This document shows positions 19,939 to 30,494 of a DNA stretch of 64,000 nucleotides, piece by piece. The stretch is from Candidatus Poribacteria bacterium (GTDB taxonomy: Bacteria; Poribacteria; WGA-4E; WGA-3G). Each line of letters begins with the position of its first letter. The stretch's first letter is position 1. The DNA lies in NCBI GenBank assembly GCA_963665235.2, contig CAXXLX010000001.1, forward strand, positions 1 through 64,000. Direction: 5' to 3'. The notes below the pieces were generated by a model, which did no database searches, had not been told where the DNA came from, and was given only the letters and a program-made list of their open reading frames with translations. A program made the position numbers and the translations under genes.

Positions 19939-21300
19939 ATGAGAGACCCAATTCACGGCTTTATCAAACTTTCTAAAACAGAAAGAGATTTGATCGACAC
20001 AAAGGTATTTCAACGTCTTCGTCGGATTCGGCAATTGGCGATGACGTTTTTGGTGTATCCGGGTGCCGTGCATACGCGGTTTGACCACTCAATTGGTGTG
20101 ATGCACATCGCCGGTCGAATTTGCACAAGACTTCAGGAGTTAAATCCGTCGAGAATATCCGATGAAGACATGGATCGGGTTCGTATCGCTGCATTGCTTC
20201 ATGATGTTGGACACGGACCCTTTAGTCATGTTTCCGAGCATCTTTTGAAAAAGTACGCACCAGCAGATTCCGATACAGGACAGATTCTGGAAAAGATACA
20301 TGAGAAAATCACTGTAGATATTATTCGTACCGACTCAGAAATCAACGGAATTCTAAGTCCCGATGAACGGGATTTTGTAGTTGAAATCATTGAAGGAAAG
20401 CAAAATATCCGGGATTGGCATCGAGATGTTGTCTCTAGCGAGTTAGACGCGGATAAAATGGACTATCTCTTACGCGATTCCTATTTCGCCGGGGTCAAAT
20501 ACGGGATATACGATCTAGAGAAGATTATTGAATCATGTCTTATTGAGGTTGATAAAACAGAAACCTCCCTGGCAATTAACAGTAAAGGCATTTACGCCCT
20601 TGAACAACTCTTGCTTGCACGATACCACATGACACGGCAGGTTTATTGGCACCGAGTTAGCCTCATTTCTAACGAGATGATTATACGTGGAATAACTCTT
20701 GCAATTGAAGAGGGCAATACAAAAATGAAGGAACTTTATCAATACGATGAAAATGATAAAGAAAACTTCATTCAGAAGTATCTAAATTACCATGATGAAA
20801 ACGTAGTAGACATTTTGAGAAACTGTCCACAAGAAAAAGCACAAGCAATTTTCAGCAGACTTTACGGCAGAAAACTCTTCAAAACGGTTGCAAATCTCCG
20901 GCTCAAAGATGAAACAAATATTAGGGTTAAGCGGCGACTCCTCACAATGAAAGACGATCCGCAGCTAAGACTGGAATTGGAGACAGCAGTTGCCGATTAT
21001 CTTGGGATTGACGCAGATTACGTGATTATCAAACCTCTTCAGATTCGGAATCCTAACTATGGAAGCCGGAGTTACATCCTGAATCCGGAAGCAATCACAA
21101 TCGTTGACGAGTGGAGCTCCGAACCACGCGCTATGAGCGATTATACAAGCGAATTATTTTTCGCGAGACCTCTTGCCGACGACGAAACTTCTCTAGAGAT
21201 GGTGCAAGTTTATGTTCCCCCAGAGGGAGATAACCTGTCTCAAAAGCAGCGGCGATTGGCACTTGAGCCAGAAATCCAAAACATTTTGCGCTCTGCATGA
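19939..21300 (+). CDS. HD-domain phosphohydrolase (YwfO/SAMHD1/dNTPase-like); first 7 codons displaced to 19441-19461
   Basis: RDPIHG, FQRLRRIRQL, VYPGAVHTRFDHSIG, LLHDVGHGPFSH, DADKMDYLLRDS. Confidence 0.92.
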   Translation: MRDPIHGFIKLSKTERDLIDTKVFQRLRRIRQLAMTFLVYPGAVHTRFDHSIGVMHIAGRICTRLQELNPSRISDEDMDRVRIAALLHDVGHGPFSHVSEHLLKKYAPADSDTGQILEKIHEKITVDIIRTDSEINGILSPDERDFVVEIIEGKQNIRDWHRDVVSSELDADKMDYLLRDSYFAGVKYGIYDLEKIIESCLIEVDKTETSLAINSKGIYALEQLLLARYHMTRQVYWHRVSLISNEMIIRGITLAIEEGNTKMKELYQYDENDKENFIQKYLNYHDENVVDILRNCPQEKAQAIFSRLYGRKLFKTVANLRLKDETNIRVKRRLLTMKDDPQLRLELETAVADYLGIDADYVIIKPLQIRNPNYGSRSYILNPEAITIVDEWSSEPRAMSDYTSELFFARPLADDETSLEMVQVYVPPEGDNLSQKQRRLALEPEIQNILRSA

Positions 21301-21881
21301 AAGGTGATGAAATGTACACAATAGACGTTCTTTTACTTGTTGTTAAGAGCGAACCCGAAAACAGACTACGGGGGAGAACCCTCCTCCAAAAGAAGGTCTA
21401 CTTTCTATCGGTCCTCATGGGCGTTAATTTTGACTTCACCGCACATCGCTACGGGCCTTACAGCAGCCTGCTTGCAGGAAACTTAGATAGTTTAGTCGCC
21501 CATGGATTTCTTAATGAAGATATTGAATCCTTCGCGACAGCCTCAACCGATCGAAGTGTCTTTGGCGAAATGCGCCGACACACCTATTTTTTGACTGATG
21601 AGGCCAAAGAATTATGGAGAGATATTGAAAACGAACCAGAATTCCGAACATGGAAAAGGGAACTCGAGCGCATAAACGCTCACGAAATCGCTCACGATTT
21701 TAACAGACTCTCTATCGCTGCGAAAGTCCATTACATTGTCAGCCGGGGAGGAAACGGCACATATCAACAAATTCGACAGGTTGCCAAAGAGTATGAATGG
21801 GACGTGAGCGAAGACGACATCGAAAGTGTCCTCTCCTTTCTAACCGAACTCGGGCTGGTAACAACTGATGAATCTACGTGA
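21297..21881 (+). CDS. YwgA-like winged-helix protein, copy 1
   Basis: GRTLLQKKVYFL..F..HRYGPYS; ATGA overlap with the HD gene. Confidence 0.7.
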   Translation: MKGDEMYTIDVLLLVVKSEPENRLRGRTLLQKKVYFLSVLMGVNFDFTAHRYGPYSSLLAGNLDSLVAHGFLNEDIESFATASTDRSVFGEMRRHTYFLTDEAKELWRDIENEPEFRTWKRELERINAHEIAHDFNRLSIAAKVHYIVSRGGNGTYQQIRQVAKEYEWDVSEDDIESVLSFLTELGLVTTDEST

Positions 21882-21924
21882 TTCCTTCCCGTTCCGAACT
21901 GGAGTCGGACTGAAAGGAAATGAT

Positions 21925-22494
21925 ATGCACATTATTGATATTCTTATACTTGTTGTGAAGAGTGAAGGTGAGAACGGACTGCGAGGCAGAACGCTCCTCC
22001 AAAAGAAAATCTATTTCTTATCCGAGCTGATGGACGTTGATTTAGGGTTCTCGCCGCATTACTATGGGCCCTACAGTAGTTACGTTGCAAGCCACTTAGA
22101 TAGTCTGGTAAACTGTAGGTTGCTTAGAGAAGTGACAGAATCCTTTTCGACAGATTCGGAAGATCAGAATGTTTTTGGTGAAATGCGCCGGCATACCTAT
22201 TCTATTCCTGATAATGTTGAACCTGTCTGGCAAGACATTCAAAAGAAACCGCAGTTTGACGAATGGCAAGACGCTTTAAAACGGATAAACGAACACGAAA
22301 TCTCTAAAGACTTTAACAAACTGTCTATCGCTGCGAAAGGCCATTACATTGTCAGCTGGAAAGGAAACGGCACATATCAACAAGTTCGACAAGTTGCCAA
22401 AGAGTATGAGTGGGACGTGAGCGAAAACGACATCGAAAGCGTCTCCACCTTTCTAACCGAACTCGGGCTGGTAACAGCTGATGAATCTACGTGA
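21925..22494 (+). CDS. YwgA-like winged-helix protein, copy 2
   Basis: GRTLLQKKIYFL..F.PHYYGPYS; paralog of copy 1; ORF is open from 21868. Confidence 0.7.
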   Translation: MHIIDILILVVKSEGENGLRGRTLLQKKIYFLSELMDVDLGFSPHYYGPYSSYVASHLDSLVNCRLLREVTESFSTDSEDQNVFGEMRRHTYSIPDNVEPVWQDIQKKPQFDEWQDALKRINEHEISKDFNKLSIAAKGHYIVSWKGNGTYQQVRQVAKEYEWDVSENDIESVSTFLTELGLVTADEST

Positions 22495-22668
22495 TTCCTT
22501 CACGCTTCTATATGACCAACCGCTGCTTGCATGACCAGGACGGACGCAGCGCGTTGATAAAGTCCATAGATAATGGGTGCATAGCGGGAAACCTAGCGGG
22601 CGAGGAGACCTCGCCCCTACGAGGCTTAGGGCTAAATTTGCATCCGTCCTGACTCCATGAGACGCTAT

Positions 22669-25600
22669 ATGAATTTAGAAATAACAAAGAAAAACATTGA
22701 AAACACACTGAAGAACTTTGATAAGCAACCGCTCAGAGATGCCGCCACAAATCTTCTGAACACCCTCGGCTACTACAGCAATCTAGTCGGAAACGATGGA
22801 ATCGATGCCGAGCGGTTTGAACTTCTCTTTGAGGCCGCTCGTAAGACTGCCAACCCATCTCAAAAACTCCGCCTTGATGAGTGGCAATCCTTTTTTCAAA
22901 TTATGCAAGTAGCGGACAATCAAATTAAGCAGCAGCTAACCCCTGAGCAAGGCTCGCTGTTTGAGAGCACTCCAACAGACATAGATGATACGCTCAGAAC
23001 CTCCTATATGTTCGTCACGCTTCAACTGACTAAAGAGACCTACACACGCACACAACTCGCTGACATCACCCGTTTTATCAACAAAGAATTTGAAAAATCG
23101 GTCATGGTGATGTTCCGATACGGTGCTGTGCTCTCCCTCGCCATCATCAATCGCCGGCGCCATGAGATAGACCCATCAAAACAGGTGCTAAAAAAGGTGA
23201 CACTCATCAAGGACATTAACCTATCGTCTCCGAAACATGCCCATATTGTTATCCTCTCAGAACTTTATCTCCAACGGCTCATTGAACTTGAAGGCGTTAC
23301 CAACTTTGATACACTCCACAATGCATGGGCAAGTGTTCTCAACACGGAAGCACTCAATAAACGTTTCTATCGTGAGCTTGAAGCGTGGTATGAATGGGCA
23401 ATCAGCAGGAGTGCAAATTTCCTGATACAGAGAAAATCATAGAACCGGAGGAACATGTGATCCGTCTGATCACACGCCTCCTGTTTATCTGGTTTATGAA
23501 GGAAAAAGAATCTGGTTGCCTTCAGACGCTGTTCAACAAATCGCAAATCGCGAGACATATCTGAACAGAAGATGATTTTGAGACATCGGCGACTCCTACT
23601 ATCGCGCCGTCCTGCAAAACCTCTTCTTTCGCGACACTTAACACCAAAATAGACGAACGTAGGTTTACTAAGGTTAACAATTCTGATCACCGTAATCCCT
23701 CAGTGTATCGCTACAAAAAACAGATGAACGATTCTAACAAACTGCTATCCCTCTTCTCCAAAACCCTCATGGATTTCTGGAACACCTTAAGCAGGTGCCG
23801 TTTGTTCGGGGTTTGTTTGGATCTCGAGGAGGCAACCAAAAAAGGCTGGCGGTACACGCGTGGATTGCTTTTCACAGACTATGAAAAACATAGACAGAAA
23901 CTCCATCGTTCCAGCAACCGCCTCTTTTTTGATGAAAAAGTAGGCTTTATCGAAATACTTAAGCGCTATAAGTTTACCGTTGAGGAAAACACACCCGATT
24001 GAGCAGGAGGTTGCGTTAGACCCGGAACTGCTCGGACAAGGTATTTGAAAATCTACTCGCCGTACGTACAATCCCGAAACGCGCTGCCACTGCACGGAAA
24101 GCAGACCGGTTCCTACTATACGCCACGTCGATTGTTGATTACATGGTGGACGAAGCACTCATCGCTATTTTCTACGAGAAGGTTCAACCGACTGATGGAG
24201 ACAATGAAATACCTTAGAGGATGAACGACTCCGGGATGATCTGCTTGCCTACGACCGAAATGTTTGACGATGCACACGAATGGTTTGATGACCGAGAAAC
24301 GGACGCAATTGTGAAAACAATCTCTGAACTCAAGATATTGGACCCAGCCGTCGGTTCCGGCGCGTTCCCGATGGGCATACTCCACAAGTTGACGCTTGCA
24401 CTGCGGCGGCTTGATCCTGATAACAGCCGATGGGAAAAGTTACAGAAGGAGCTTGCGACACAACGCGCAGGCGAGGCTTTTGATACCTCCGACCAACAGG
24501 AACGGAAGGATGAACTCGCTGAAATCAGTGACACCTTTGAAAGTTACCGGGATTCAGACTTCGGACGTAAGTTATACCTAATCCAAAACAGCATCTTCGG
24601 GGTGGACATCCAACCGATTGCATGTCAAATCGCTAAACTCCGCTTTTTTATCTCGCTTGCAATTGAGCAGGAACCGGACAGAGACGCGAAGAACTTCGGT
24701 ATCAAACCGCTGCCGAACTTAGAGACGCGATTTATCGCTGCCAACACGCTGATAGGTCTTGGCCTGACACTAACAAGTGAAAAGGCACAGCGTTTAGAAC
24801 GTAAACTGCTTGTCAATCGCGAACGGCACTTCCACGCCACTACCCGCAAACGCAAACTTGCATGTAAGACTAAGGACAAAAAATTGCGAACAAAATTGGC
24901 AACCGAGCTAAAATATGTGGGTATGCCTGCCGATGATGCGGAAAAAATTGCCAAATGGGATATTTATGACCAAAACGATACCGCTGATTGGTTTGAGCCG
25001 AAACGGATGTTTGGCGTTGCAGATGGATTTGATGTCGTGATTGGCAATCCGCCGTATGCAAAAGGTGAACACCTAGATCTCACAATGCGTAAACAGCTGA
25101 AAGAGAGTTATGGCTGGGCGGGCGATTTATACGACTACTTTATCTTTGCCGGGTTTAATCTTACTGCCGAAAACAGGATTTTTGCATATATTGCCAATGA
25201 CAGTTACGTCGCACTGCCCACAAAACGTAGGATTCGTAACCTGTTTTTGGAACATAAGCTACTTCATTTGGTCAAGGCACCGGCCCATACATTTGAGGCC
25301 ACTATCTATACGGCTATTTTTATTTTGTTGAAAGCAGAGGTAGAAAATCAACATTCCTACCTGAGCGGAGAAATGAAATTTCCCGATTTTGAGTACATTG
25401 CAAACGGAGCAGTAGAATACGCAACGATTAACAAAATACCAGACCGTAAATTCCTATTAAGCGGAAAAAACCACTGGGTTTTGAGACTTTTTGCCCTTGA
25501 AAATGTGGAAAAATACTGCAACGTTTTGGACACGGGTATTCATTCTGGGAATGTCAGAACCAAAATCTTCTTCCAGGAAAATAACGGTAGAAGGCATAGA

Positions 25601-26212
25601 CTTTTACAAGGTAAGCAGATTCAAAGGTACACCATTCAATGGGATTCTCCGAAAGCGAAATACCTGTTTTGCGATATTGATTACGTACCTCTTCCTATCC
25701 CCGGAATTGGACGCGGCGGAAAACCGAGTAAACGAAACGAATACTGGCATTTTTGTGGGGATATTAAAAATCATCACCAACCCGAACGCCTACTGATGCG
25801 TCAAACTGACGATGATCTAATCGTCGCATATCATAGCGAGGCGGAGTCGGGACATTTCTACACAGATAACACACTCTATACGCTTCTTCCGACATCTGGG
25901 GACGTAAGTCTCAAGTTTCTTTTAGCGTTGTTTAATAGCCGATTGCTGAACTTTGTTTATCATTTTATTTCGCAGGAACAAGGGAAAACTCTGGCTGCGG
26001 TGAAAGTTAGCACTGTGAACAAATTGCCTGTGGTGATCCCATCGGAAATGGAGCAACGCCCCATTATTGATTTAGTAGATGAAATTCTTGAAGCGAAAGC
26101 TGGAAATCCAAATGCCGACACCACTAAGCAGGAAAAAGAGATTGACAAACGGGTCTATGAATTGTATAATTTAACGGGAGATGAGATTGCGATTGTGGAG
26201 GGAAAAGAATGA
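22669..26212 (+). pseudogene. Type IIG (Eco57I-like) restriction-modification enzyme, multiply frameshifted at ~23400-24220
   Basis: Fragments KVTLIKDI, LNKRFY, YKFTVEENTP, VALDPELLG, GSYYTP across frames; intact C-part with DPAVGSGAF, FDVVIGNPPY and TaqI-C-like TRD. Confidence 0.85.
26132..26203 (+). repeat. MTase 3'-end repeat copy 1 containing TTGACA-17-TATAAT (26142-26170)
   Basis: Near-identical to 28204-28273. Confidence 0.9.
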
Positions 26213-27960
26213 ACAAAGGACTAAAAATTTTCATTACCTATGCACATAAAAATTCAGAAGCAAAAGACGAATTGATAACCAGCCTTGCTGTCCTGAAGCA
26301 AAACGGATTAATAGATGTCTGGCATGACAACGAAATTCTACCCGGAGACAAGTGGCGGGATGCAATTTTCGACAATCTTGCCGATTCGGACATTCTACTC
26401 TACCTTACTTGTCGGTATAGTCTTGCTTCTGAAAATTGCAATAAGGAATTGACCGCTGCGTTAAATCCAAACATAAGAGTGATTCCGATTATCCTTGAGC
26501 ATTGCGATTGGCAAAATCATCGACTTAGCGATTTTCAAGCTCTTCCTGAAAAAGGCAAGCCGATTTACGATATAAACGAATGGAACCCTGAAAGCAAAGG
26601 GTGGCAAAATGTTGTGGATGGCCTCCGCAGAACTATTACCGAAATGCAGTCTCAGGCAAAGCCCTCACCCAGAGTAACACCCGATGAAATAGAAATACTT
26701 GCCTTCTTAAGATTCGATCGGGGGAACTTTATGATGATTCTGGGTCAAATAGACGAGGCACTAAAAGATTACTCACGTGCAATTGAACTCAGCCGCAATA
26801 ATGCAGCAGCATATACCAATCGCGGTATTGCCTATGGCGAAAAAGGCGAACTTGACCTTGCAATCAAAGACTACTTCTCAGCACTTAAAATCAATCCAGA
26901 TTTTGTTAATGCCTATATCAGTCGCGGTTATGCTTACGTTGAAAGAGGCGAGATTGAACGCGCAATCATAGATTTTGACAAAGCCATAGAACTCCAAGAA
27001 GACTCTCCCCACGCCTATAATAACCGGGGCTACGCCTATAGTAAAAAAGACGAGATTGACAGGGCTATTCAAGATTTTGACAAAGCCATAGAACTTGATC
27101 AAAATTTTGCTGAAGCCTATGGTAATCGTGGTGCTGCGTACTGCAAAAAAGGTGAGGCAGATCGTGCCATTAAGGACTTAAACATAGCAATTCGCCTCAA
27201 GGATGACTACGTCCAAGCTTACTATAATCGTGCGGGAGCTTATTGGAACAAGGGTGAGTACAATCTTGCAATAAGGGATTGTGATACAGCAATAAAATTG
27301 GACAAAGAATGTGCTGAAGCCTATAATCAACGAGGCACTGTTTACGTTAGAAGGAAAGAATATAACCGAGCAATTGATGATTATGATATGGCTATTCAAC
27401 TTAAAGAGAATTCTCCTACAGCTTACTACAATCGGGGTGTGGCATACGCTAATATAGGAAATCTTGAGGCTGCTATCAAAGATTTCAAAAGAGCAACTCA
27501 ATTTAAAACTGATTATGCTAAAGCTTATTACAACCTCGGTAAAGCTCACTTTGAAGTAGGGGCAGTTGACCTTTCTATAGAAAGTTATACCAAAGCTATT
27601 GAGCTAGACCAGGATTTGGCAAAGGCGTACAAGAACCGAGGAATTATATTTCTCCATATTGGAGACGTAGAATTAGCTGTTGCTGATTTTAGCAAGGTTA
27701 TACAACTTTGCCCTAATGATGCCATCACCTATTACCTCCGAGCGACCCAAGTGTGGTTATCCCGAGAAGAATGGGAAAAAGCCAAATCAGACTTAACGGT
27801 TAGCAAATCTTTGGGGTTAGATATTTCTACTTTATTTTATCGCGAATTTGGTGGCGTTAACAACTTCGAGAAGATGATGAATATTCGGTTCCGAGCAGAC
27901 ATCGCCGCACTGCTAACACCCCCGCAAGAATCGCAGTCCAACAAAAAACCGTCCGCTTAG
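26209..27960 (+). CDS. TIR domain + TPR repeat protein
   Basis: KIFITYAHK, VWHD..I.PG..W, SENCNKEL (putative catalytic Glu); ~10 AYxNRG TPR repeats; ATGA overlap with the MTase. Confidence 0.9.
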   Translation: MNKGLKIFITYAHKNSEAKDELITSLAVLKQNGLIDVWHDNEILPGDKWRDAIFDNLADSDILLYLTCRYSLASENCNKELTAALNPNIRVIPIILEHCDWQNHRLSDFQALPEKGKPIYDINEWNPESKGWQNVVDGLRRTITEMQSQAKPSPRVTPDEIEILAFLRFDRGNFMMILGQIDEALKDYSRAIELSRNNAAAYTNRGIAYGEKGELDLAIKDYFSALKINPDFVNAYISRGYAYVERGEIERAIIDFDKAIELQEDSPHAYNNRGYAYSKKDEIDRAIQDFDKAIELDQNFAEAYGNRGAAYCKKGEADRAIKDLNIAIRLKDDYVQAYYNRAGAYWNKGEYNLAIRDCDTAIKLDKECAEAYNQRGTVYVRRKEYNRAIDDYDMAIQLKENSPTAYYNRGVAYANIGNLEAAIKDFKRATQFKTDYAKAYYNLGKAHFEVGAVDLSIESYTKAIELDQDLAKAYKNRGIIFLHIGDVELAVADFSKVIQLCPNDAITYYLRATQVWLSREEWEKAKSDLTVSKSLGLDISTLFYREFGGVNNFEKMMNIRFRADIAALLTPPQESQSNKKPSA

Positions 27961-28030
27961 CAGATAACTTGATGTTACAGAGTGTCAATCCGCGTAATCC
28001 GTGATAATCCGCGATTCTGACAAAACTAAG

Positions 28031-28178
28031 TGTCTGAATCGCGGAGGACACGGAGGACACAGAGAACGCGGAAAAAGAGGTTTTTTCCCAACATCTACAC
28101 ATTTTGTGAAGTGAGACTGAAATGCACAAAAGACCCTTCCGCGCCTTCCGCGCCTTCCGCGATAATCCGCGATTCAGA
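28031..28178. repeat. Dispersed element related to 3857-4050
   Basis: TCTGAATCGCGG...CCGCGATTCAGA inverted ends. Confidence 0.7.
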
Positions 28179-28203
28179 AAAGCATCTCAACGTTTCACTT
28201 GAG

Positions 28204-28273
28204 AAAGAGCTTGACAAACGGGTATATGAATTGTATAATTTAACGGAAGATGAGATTGCGATTGTGGAGGGAA
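28204..28273 (+). repeat. Orphan duplicate of the MTase 3' end with promoter TTGACA-17-TATAAT (28211-28239)
   Basis: Encodes KELDKRVYELYNLTEDEIAIVEG vs MTase KEIDKRVYELYNLTGDEIAIVEG. Confidence 0.9.
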
Positions 28274-28274
28274 G

Positions 28275-28628
28275 TGTCTGAATCGCGGATTATCGCGGAT
28301 TTATCGGATTATCGCGGATTTTAAGAGGCTCCGCTGCAGTAAAGCACATCACAAGAAAAAAACATCAAACGCTGATACAGAAAAACACGCCAGCATTCAG
28401 AAAAATAACCTGCCGACACCAAAATCAATAATCCGCGCAATCCGTGTAATCCGCGTAAATCCGCAATTCTGACAATAGAGGTAATCCGCTACGGTAAAGC
28501 GCATCGCAAGAAAAAACATCAAACATTAATAGAGAAAAACGCACCAGCATTCAGAAAAATAACCTGCCGATACAAAAATCAATAATCCGCGTAATCCGTG
28601 TAATCCGTGAAAATCCGCAATTCTGACA
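28275..28628. repeat. Nonamer (AATCCGCGT-like) repeat tract with a ~145-bp imperfect tandem duplication (28330-28474 / 28485-28628)
   Basis: Seen directly; related tracts near 27985 and 50930. Confidence 0.8.
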
Positions 28629-28719
28629 GTAAAGAAACCACCATCTACAAAATAACCCTTGAACACCTAACCCCCATCTCTCTAACGTGTATCACACAAA
28701 CAAACGGAAGGATAGGACG

Positions 28720-29100
28720 TTATGCACTATCCTTTTCCAACAAAGCAAGAACTTTCCCCACACCGATACAAAGCGCACCAGGAACGACAAAGAGCAGAGA
28801 TACACCAATTGCTATTACAACCTCGCCAAATGTCAACTCGGCTGAGGATTCAGAAAAAAGCATTGATGCCGCCGGTCGACTGAACTGTACTATCATATAT
28901 ATCCCAATAGCAATACCGAAGATGATTGTGAGGATACCGAGGGTTTTTAGAATAACACCTTGGGCCGGCTGTCCATCTCCACCTGGAGAAACTTCATGTT
29001 CCTGTAGCGTATCGTTGCTACCTTGAACCGACTGCTCATCTTCACCTTGAACCGACTGCTCATCTTCACTTGAGGAAACTTCATGTTCTTCGTGTTGCAT
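28720..29100 (-). CDS. Small two-TM membrane protein with an acidic repetitive N-terminus
   Basis: EDEQSVQG x2, EHEVS x2, two hydrophobic helices; GGAG RBS. Confidence 0.65.
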   Translation of the reverse strand: MQHEEHEVSSSEDEQSVQGEDEQSVQGSNDTLQEHEVSPGGDGQPAQGVILKTLGILTIIFGIAIGIYMIVQFSRPAASMLFSESSAELTFGEVVIAIGVSLLFVVPGALCIGVGKVLALLEKDSA

Positions 29101-29324
29101 TTATTGTCTCCTTTGATTTTAATTCAGAACGTGTTGATAACTTCTAACATCATTATAGAACGAACAGAGGATTAACCGCAAGCACCTAAAATTAGGTAAT
29201 CCCAGCGTCCCCTGCCTCTCCTTAAAGTGTACCCTAAATTTGCACAAATGTCAAATTTTTTCGATTTTTTCAAAAAAACATAAATTAGGACTTAAAAACG
29301 CAAAACGGGATGTTTTCGAAACCT

Positions 29325-30491
29325 CTACGTCACCTCAGCAAATCCCGCAATTGCCCGTTGAATTTCCGCATCCGTGTGCGTTGCCATTACCGTAACACGC
29401 AGACGACTTGTCCCCGAAGGGACAGCAGGCGGCCGAATTGCAGGTGCAAAAACCCCCACCGCAAGCAACGCCTCAGCGACGTGCAATGCACGTTGTGGGC
29501 TGCCTAATACAACAGGAATAATCTGCGTCTCGCTTGGCAGGAGGGAAAATCCCAAGTTTGCTAACGCAGTTTTGAGGCATGTCGCATGTGAGAGCAGACG
29601 TTGGCGTAATTCCGGTGTGGAACGCATCACATCCAATGCAGCATGTGCAGCGGCTAGCGTAGCAGGCGGTAAACCTGTCGTGAATATGAAACCGCGCGCC
29701 CGGTTGATAAGTAATTCAATTAGTGCGCGACTTCCTGCGACATATCCGCCCAAACCGCCAACGGCTTTGCTGAGCGTGCCGATATGAATAATATCATCTG
29801 TCCCACTCAATCCGAAATGCGCCACGGTACCGCTACCATCCTCTCCCAGCACACCAAATCCGTGTGCGTCATCGACCAACACCATTGCGGCGTAGTCCGC
29901 AGCGACTTTGCAAATGTCGGGGAGCGGTGCAATGTCCCCATCCATACTGAAAACGCCATCTGTGATAATCAGTCGCCGCTGAAAGCCGGGGGTTTCCGAC
30001 AACAGTGCCTGCAAATGTGCCACATCACAGTGCCGATAGATTTTTTTAGTGGCACGACTGAGACGACACCCATCTATGATGCTCGCATGGTTGAGGGCAT
30101 CGCTTAAAATGAGGTCACCCTCCCCCGCAAGCACAGGGATGACACTTGTATTGGCAGCATAACCGGAGCTGAAAACAAGTGCCGCCTCCGTGCCGTGTAT
30201 TTTCGCCAGAGTCGCTTCCAACGCTGTGTAGAGTTCACTGTTGCCTGAAATAAGACGCGACCCACTTGCACCTGTGCCGAAAACGTGTGTTGCCTCAACA
30301 GCAGCAGCGATGACCTTCGGGTGTGTGCTTAATCCCAAATAGTTGTTCGAGCCGAGCAGCACAACCTCGCGGCCATCGAGCAGAATTGTGCCTGTCGGTG
30401 CGTTCATCACGGTGCGAAGGTGGCGCAGCAATCCCGCTTCCTCTAATGCGGTGCGTTCCGCTTCTATCCAATCGTCCCTGTTATCCATCAT
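29325..30491 (-). CDS. bioF: 8-amino-7-oxononanoate synthase
   Basis: SNNYLGL, GSRLISGN, NHASIIDG, DGVFSMDGD, DDAHG, TLSKA. Confidence 0.92.
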   Translation of the reverse strand: MMDNRDDWIEAERTALEEAGLLRHLRTVMNAPTGTILLDGREVVLLGSNNYLGLSTHPKVIAAAVEATHVFGTGASGSRLISGNSELYTALEATLAKIHGTEAALVFSSGYAANTSVIPVLAGEGDLILSDALNHASIIDGCRLSRATKKIYRHCDVAHLQALLSETPGFQRRLIITDGVFSMDGDIAPLPDICKVAADYAAMVLVDDAHGFGVLGEDGSGTVAHFGLSGTDDIIHIGTLSKAVGGLGGYVAGSRALIELLINRARGFIFTTGLPPATLAAAHAALDVMRSTPELRQRLLSHATCLKTALANLGFSLLPSETQIIPVVLGSPQRALHVAEALLAVGVFAPAIRPPAVPSGTSRLRVTVMATHTDAEIQRAIAGFAEVT

Positions 30492-30494
30492 TTA

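Noticed and set aside
26209-27960. Complete Thoeris or CBASS system
   Set aside because: No ThsA-type effector or cyclase in the window.
28030-28281. 83-aa CDS
   Set aside because: Chimera of a dispersed repeat and the duplicated MTase tail.
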